Shown here: piece after piece, positions 33,801 to 38,787 of the stretch
Position numbering within the stretch: position 1 is the first letter of the stretch
Layout: every line of letters starts with the position of its first letter
The notes under the pieces: generated by a model
What the model saw: only the letters and a program-made list of their open reading frames with translations
Database searches by the model: none
Told to the model about the DNA's origin: nothing
Translations under genes and position numbers: made by a program
Source of the DNA: an uncultured Actinomycetota bacterium
Lineage (GTDB): Bacteria; Actinomycetota; Humimicrobiia; Humimicrobiales; Humimicrobiaceae
DNA length: 38,787 nucleotides
Direction: 5' to 3'
Assembly (NCBI GenBank): GCA_964424685.1
Contig: CAYRJH010000005.1
Location: 1 to 38,787 of the forward strand

Positions 33801-35285
33801 TTACAGGTTATTACTTTTTATATATTCTAAGGTTTGTTTAACTCTTTTTATACAATTTTCTAAACCCAGCATGGAAATAACCTTCGGCAGCTCCGGACCA
33901 TGTGTTTTACCGGTAAGGGAAACTCTTATGGGCATATATAAAAACCTGCCTTTTATTTTTTGTTCTTTAAGATTTTCTCCGGTAAAACCGATTAACTCTT
34001 TACTCTGCTCTTCATTAAAATCCATATCCGCGCTATTGTCAAAGGATTTCCATTTACTTTCCAGACTTTTAAGAAAATTTGCTATCACTGCCCTGGAAGT
34101 ATCAAGTTTTAAAATTTCTATTGCTTCTCTGCTATAATCCGTAATTATCTCACTGAAAAAATCTTTCATATAAAATGAAAAATCACTTAAGACTTTTAAA
34201 TTGTCCCGGAATGCTTCTGCACCTTTTAAAACTCTCATCGCTACTTTTTTATTTTCCATATCTTCAGTATTTATTATTTTATCTTTAATTAAATATGGCG
34301 CACATAGCACAGCCAGTTCCCCGGAAGTTTTTCTTCTTATATAAATACCGTTTATCCATTTTAATTTATCCATATCAAATACAGCAGGGCTTTTTGATAT
34401 ACCCGATATTTTAAATTTATAGGGAATATCTCTTATGCTAAATATCTCTTCTTCATCTCCGGGTGACCATGAAAGTATTGAAAGATAGTTTGACATAGCT
34501 TCCGCCAGATATCCTTCTTCCCTGAATTGAGAAACAGTAGTAGCCCCGTGCCTCTTGCTCAGTTTTGAACCATCCCCCCCAAGTATCATAGACAGGTGTG
34601 CAAAAAAGGGCAATTTGAGTCCAAGGTTTTCAAACAATAAGATTTGTCTTGCCGTATTGGTTATATGATCTTCGCCTCTCAGAACATGTGTTATTTTCAT
34701 ATCGCCATCATCTACTACAACTGCAAAATTATAGGACGGAGTACCGTCGGATTTAATAATTATAAAATCTCCAATGACATCTGATTTAAAGGTTATATTT
34801 CCCCTTATTAAATCATTAAAAGCAATTTCCCTGCCGCTTTCTACTTTAAACCTTATGGCAAATTTTTTACCCTCTTTTAAATTTTTTTCTATTTCAGAAC
34901 CGGAAAGTCCCCTGCACCTGTTATCATATTTTGACATCCTGCCTGCTGCATACTGGTCTTTTTTAAGTTTTTCCAATCTTTCCGGGGTGCAGAAACATCT
35001 GTAAGCCCTGTTCTGATTCAGCATTCTATCGGCAAAATCCCGGTATACTCTAATTCTTTCACTCTGCCTGTAAAATTCATCCCAGTCCAGGCCAAGCCAT
35101 TTTAAATCATTTATTATAGACTGCTCATAAACGCTGCTGGACCTCTTTATATCAGTATCTTCTATTCTTAAGATAAATTTTCCTTTCATGCTCCTTGCCG
35201 CCAGCCAGTTAAAAAGGGCTGTTCTTGCAGTCCCGATATGCAGGCCCCCTGTAGGGGATGGTGCAAATCTAAAACGAGGTGTCAT
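33801..35285 (-). CDS. gltX: Glutamate--tRNA ligase
   Basis: RFAPSPTGGLHIGTARTALFNWL (HIGH motif), LRIEDTD and KLSKRHG (KMSKS motif) are present. Confidence 0.92.
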   Translation of the reverse strand: MTPRFRFAPSPTGGLHIGTARTALFNWLAARSMKGKFILRIEDTDIKRSSSVYEQSIINDLKWLGLDWDEFYRQSERIRVYRDFADRMLNQNRAYRCFCTPERLEKLKKDQYAAGRMSKYDNRCRGLSGSEIEKNLKEGKKFAIRFKVESGREIAFNDLIRGNITFKSDVIGDFIIIKSDGTPSYNFAVVVDDGDMKITHVLRGEDHITNTARQILLFENLGLKLPFFAHLSMILGGDGSKLSKRHGATTVSQFREEGYLAEAMSNYLSILSWSPGDEEEIFSIRDIPYKFKISGISKSPAVFDMDKLKWINGIYIRRKTSGELAVLCAPYLIKDKIINTEDMENKKVAMRVLKGAEAFRDNLKVLSDFSFYMKDFFSEIITDYSREAIEILKLDTSRAVIANFLKSLESKWKSFDNSADMDFNEEQSKELIGFTGENLKEQKIKGRFLYMPIRVSLTGKTHGPELPKVISMLGLENCIKRVKQTLEYIKSNNL

Positions 35286-35414
35286 TTTTACTCCATTATT
35301 TTTATAATTACCAGACTTTAATCTTTTTTTTACAATAGATAAATATTTATATTAAATTTATAAAAAAATATATAAATACTTAAAAATGTAAATCTTCACA
35401 GTCTTATAAAAGAC

Positions 35415-35882
35415 CTATTCTAATAAAACCACGCACTCCGCAGCAATTCCTTCTCCTCTGCCGCAAAATCCAAGACCTTCAGTGGTGGTGGCTTTTATAT
35501 TTATATCATCTTCATTTATCCCCAATACCCGTGCTATATTTTTTTTCATTTCCGGAATATATTTAGAAACTTTTGGTTTCTGCATTATCAGGACTGCGTC
35601 TATATTTACAATACCGTAATTTATTCCTTTCATTTTTTTCACTACCTTATCCAGCAAAACAAGACTTGATATATCTTTATACTTTATATCAGTATCCGGA
35701 AAATGAATCCCTATATCTCCCAGGCCGCAGGCTCCAAGAATAGCATCCATTATGGAATGCACCAGAACATCTGCATCGGAATAACCTGCCAATCCTTCAG
35801 TATGCTCTAACTCTACTCCTCCGAGTATTAGTTTTCTGCCAGTCTTAAATTCATGAACATCAAATCCCAATCCAACCCTCAT
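35415..35882 (-). CDS. ispF: 2-C-methyl-D-erythritol 2,4-cyclodiphosphate synthase
   Basis: [17 protein letters not shown]-type ([14 protein letters not shown]), [12 protein letters not shown] and GRGEGIA are present. Confidence 0.92.
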   Translation of the reverse strand: MRVGLGFDVHEFKTGRKLILGGVELEHTEGLAGYSDADVLVHSIMDAILGACGLGDIGIHFPDTDIKYKDISSLVLLDKVVKKMKGINYGIVNIDAVLIMQKPKVSKYIPEMKKNIARVLGINEDDINIKATTTEGLGFCGRGEGIAAECVVLLE

Positions 35883-35915
35883 AGTCAGTTTTTCCTCTCC
35901 ATAATTTTTATTGAA

Positions 35916-36626
35916 TTATTTCCTACCGTTTCTGATCATAATAAGCTCTGCCAGAAACAAATCAAGAGGAGTGGTGATTTTTATATTCTCGCGCCTTCCC
36001 CTTACCACATAAACTTTGAGGCTCATTCTTTCCATCAGAGATGCATCGTCTGTACCAATAAAACCATCCTCTAAAGCTTTATTATGTGCTTTTAGTATAT
36101 CTTCATAAAAAAAAGTCTGGGGAGTTTGAGCATGCCATACCGTATCCCGTGGAATGGTTTTATTTATAATATTCCCATCTGTTACTTTTACAGTTTCCAT
36201 TACAGGTGCCGCCATTATAACTCCTCTTATCTTACAATCCTTTTTGTTTTCTCTTAATAAAACATTTATCAGAAGATTTATTTCTTCCGGAGTTACAAGT
36301 GGTCTTACGCCGTCATGAATAGACACCAGTTTAGTGGACGAAGGTATTTCTTTAAGAGCATTATATACAGATTCCTGCCTGCTGCTGCCTCCAACTACAA
36401 GTTTTTTTACTTTACTAAATGAGTATTTGTTAATTATATTTTTCTGGCATAATTCAATATAATCTCCGGGGATTGAAATATAAATCTCTTTTATTTTTGA
36501 TGAATTTTGAAAAGTACTTATAGTGTGAGCTAATATAGGTTTTCCATAAATATCCATAAATTGCTTGCTGATATTGCCTTTAAATCTTGTACCCCTACCA
36601 GCTGCTGTAATTATCGCTGCGTTCAT
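35916..36626 (-). CDS. ispD: 2-C-methyl-D-erythritol 4-phosphate cytidylyltransferase
   Basis: AIITAAGRGTRF, VSIHDGVRPLV, QTPQTF and TDDASL are present. Confidence 0.9.
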   Translation of the reverse strand: MNAAIITAAGRGTRFKGNISKQFMDIYGKPILAHTISTFQNSSKIKEIYISIPGDYIELCQKNIINKYSFSKVKKLVVGGSSRQESVYNALKEIPSSTKLVSIHDGVRPLVTPEEINLLINVLLRENKKDCKIRGVIMAAPVMETVKVTDGNIINKTIPRDTVWHAQTPQTFFYEDILKAHNKALEDGFIGTDDASLMERMSLKVYVVRGRRENIKITTPLDLFLAELIMIRNGRK

Positions 36627-36709
36627 AAATTAATATCAATAGTATTTTTTGAAAACCTTCCTGCTATAGAATTTAAATATAATAAAATCAGAGCAATATC
36701 CCAATAATT

Positions 36710-37825
36710 CTACAGTCTAATTTTAGGGATTACTCCTCCTTTTCTATTGTATGGTTCATTATATAAGTAATATTCTGTAAACTTTTTCAGCTTATCATAT
36801 AAAGATCTTGCTCTATTCTTACCCATTCCTGCAATTTCAGATAATTCTTCTATATTCGCATTCATAATATTTTTTAAATTTCCAAACTTATCAATTAAAC
36901 TTGCGATAATCGGATGGGGAAGCCTTTGGACTTCAGTAATAATCCTCAAACCTCTGGGATGTATATCAAATTCCCTTAAACTGCCTTCTACTTCATATCC
37001 TAAAATCTTTGAAATATTCCCCAGTTCAAGCAATTCTTTCTCACTTAATAAATTTATTTTATCTTTTATTTCAAACGGCTCGGCAACAATATCCGGATGT
37101 ATATAATCATTTATAATATTTAAAGAGTCATTCACTACATTAATCATCAATTCCTCTACCTGCATTTTAAGAAGTCTTCCTTCTACTCCTAATTCATATA
37201 TATATCTCTTAACTTCTTTTTCTGTTTTCTGTACGATGCTTGATCTCTGCAATATACTTGTAACATCAAAAAGCGATACAAGGTCTTCCAGTTCTCTTAC
37301 AGTCAGATTAAATGTAAGATCATCTAATCCTTCTTTATATTTTTCAAGTGTTTGAAGCGCCTGATTTGCCTTGGATAGAATCACTCTCGGTTCTTCAAGC
37401 ATATACCTGATATCACCCTTATATATGGTAACTACATCTCTCTTCATTGAAATAGAGATAACAAGAGTATTGGTTTGTTTTGCCACCCTCTCTGCAGTTC
37501 TATGTCTTGTTCCTGTTTCAGATGTCTTGATGTTTGGATTGGGGAAAAGATGTGTATTGGCATATAAAATACGCTTGGCATCAGAACTTAAAATAATGGC
37601 CCCATCCATCTTTGCCAGCTCATAAAATTTTGTCGGGGTAAAACTGCTCCCTATATAAAATCCGCCGTCTACAAGTTTTAATACCTCTTCTGAATCCCCT
37701 ACTACAATCAATCCGCCTGTTTTTCCCTGAAGTATGTATTCTATACCCAGCCTGAGTTCAGTACCGGGAGCTATTTTCTTTAGACATTCTATTAATAATT
37801 CTTCATTTTTTTTATTCATTGGCAT
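36710..37825 (-). CDS. disA: DNA integrity scanning protein DisA (diadenylate cyclase plus HhH domain)
   Basis: DAC-domain motifs GGLIVVGD, MDGAIILS and GTRHRTAERV are present, with a C-terminal HhH-like IAGMGKNRARSL. The start is more likely Met3 (ATG at 37819), which has better spacing from AGG. Confidence 0.9.
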   Translation of the reverse strand: MPMNKKNEELLIECLKKIAPGTELRLGIEYILQGKTGGLIVVGDSEEVLKLVDGGFYIGSSFTPTKFYELAKMDGAIILSSDAKRILYANTHLFPNPNIKTSETGTRHRTAERVAKQTNTLVISISMKRDVVTIYKGDIRYMLEEPRVILSKANQALQTLEKYKEGLDDLTFNLTVRELEDLVSLFDVTSILQRSSIVQKTEKEVKRYIYELGVEGRLLKMQVEELMINVVNDSLNIINDYIHPDIVAEPFEIKDKINLLSEKELLELGNISKILGYEVEGSLREFDIHPRGLRIITEVQRLPHPIIASLIDKFGNLKNIMNANIEELSEIAGMGKNRARSLYDKLKKFTEYYLYNEPYNRKGGVIPKIRL

Positions 37826-37834
37826 CCTGTAAAA

Positions 37835-38787
37835 TTAAACTTTTAATATACTGCCGCGACCTATCTTTTTAATTCCAAATTGCATTTTCTTATCCTTAAC
37901 GCTTACCTCTACTTTCTGGCCGGACTTGACTTCACCACTTATCAGTTTTTCAGAAAGCGGGTCTTCTATTAAATTCTGGATGCACCTTCTCATGGGCCGG
38001 GCTCCCATCGAAGGGTCGTAACCTTTCTCCAGAAGTAAATCTTTTGCACCTTTCTTCAGCTCTATAATAATGCCCTGAAGCTCAAGCTGCTGCTGTACCC
38101 TTGACATCATCAAATCCATAATACTGTAAATCTGTTGTTTCTGTAATTTATGAAATACTATGACTTCATCAACTCTGCTAAGGAACTCGGGCCGGAAAGC
38201 CTGTTTCAGTTCACTCATCACTTTTTCTTTTATCCCCTCATAAGATAAATCTTCAGTATTTACCATTTTGAATCCCATTGGAGTATTTTTCTGGATTTCT
38301 CTTGCTCCGAGATTTGAAGTCATTATAATTACTGTATTCTTAAAATCCACCCTCTTTCCCTGGGAATCAGTAAGATGGCCTTCTTCAAAAATTTGGAGCA
38401 GTATATTGAAAACATCAGGATGTGCTTTTTCTATCTCATCCAGCAGTATTACACTGTATGGTTTCCTTCTAACCAGTTCGGTCAGCTGGCCCCCTTCATC
38501 ATAGCCTACATAACCGGGAGGGGAACCGACCAGTTTGGACACAGAATGTTTTTCCATATATTCGGACATGTCAATTTGTATTAAAGCTTCTTCCTTATCA
38601 AATAAAAATTCTGTTATAGTTTTAGCCAGTTCCGTCTTACCCACACCGGAGGGGCCTAAAAACATAAAAGAACCTATTGGTCTTTTGGGATCTTTTAGCC
38701 CGGAACGTGACCGTCTTATAGCCATTGATACTGTTTTTATAGCCTCATCCTGCCCCACAACTCTTTTATGAAGTTCATCTTCCATTC
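37835..38787 (-). CDS. clpC: Clp ATPase ClpC: C-terminal (D2) part, with the N-terminus beyond the right window edge
   Basis: [22 protein letters not shown], the Walker A motif [14 protein letters not shown], the Walker B motif [10 protein letters not shown], and GARPMRR are present. Confidence 0.9.
   Translation of the reverse strand, partial: MEDELHKRVVGQDEAIKTVSMAIRRSRSGLKDPKRPIGSFMFLGPSGVGKTELAKTITEFLFDKEEALIQIDMSEYMEKHSVSKLVGSPPGYVGYDEGGQLTELVRRKPYSVILLDEIEKAHPDVFNILLQIFEEGHLTDSQGKRVDFKNTVIIMTSNLGAREIQKNTPMGFKMVNTEDLSYEGIKEKVMSELKQAFRPEFLSRVDEVIVFHKLQKQQIYSIMDLMMSRVQQQLELQGIIIELKKGAKDLLLEKGYDPSMGARPMRRCIQNLIEDPLSEKLISGEVKSGQKVEVSVKDKKMQFGIKKIGRGSILKV

Noticed and set aside
35286-35414. 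Possible T-box or riboswitch leaders upstream of gltX (35286-35414) and cysE/cysS (33747-33800, 33013-33092)
   Set aside because: The gaps are only 129, 54 and 80 nt and are AT-rich. That is too short for a T-box (about 200-300 nt), and I could not find a T-box sequence or specifier/antiterminator architecture.
1-38787. Search for mobile-element genes, tRNA/rRNA genes and CRISPR arrays
   Set aside because: I found no transposase, integrase or recombinase motifs in any long ORF. No cloverleaf-like GC-rich segments appear in the intergenic regions, and there are no repeat-spacer arrays. The accessory region therefore has no visible mobility gene within this window.

Overview
This is a low-GC, compact bacterial chromosomal window with a Firmicutes-like gene order. 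I found no rRNA, tRNA, CRISPR array, transposase or integrase.

From about 8.3 kb to the right end the content is mostly housekeeping:
- an SPFH/stomatin protein and a malic enzyme
- a PP2C phosphatase plus PASTA Ser/Thr kinase pair
- a fatty-acid synthesis block, fabZ-fabD-fabG-fabF-accD-accA
- birA, a PAS-GGDEF cyclase, and bcd-etfB-etfA (etfA carries a fused ferredoxin domain)
- a bioY / carboxyltransferase-BCCP fusion / accC operon
- a secreted SNase-LTD nuclease
- the classic clpC-disA-ispD-ispF-gltX-cysE-cysS-rlmB-yacP block

The left ~8 kb looks accessory and partly richer in G+C. It holds a LacI-family regulator, a 572-bp spacer with only broken short ORFs, and a two-gene minus-strand operon at 1868-5749. 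It also holds a small RRM RNA-binding protein and an orphan B12-binding radical SAM enzyme.

The operon is the most interesting object in the window. It encodes an 888-aa protein (unassigned alpha/beta N-domain, AAA+ ATPase, two RyR-type repeats) followed 33 bp later by a TIR-TPR protein. I cannot match it to any named system. I propose it as a candidate TIR-based (NAD+/nucleotide-signalling) conflict or immune module in which the NTPase is supplied in trans.

The second notable point is the OadA/PycB-like carboxyltransferase fused to BCCP upstream of accC. It appears to have lost its metal-binding and catalytic motifs.

All assignments rest on motif recognition by eye. No database search was possible.
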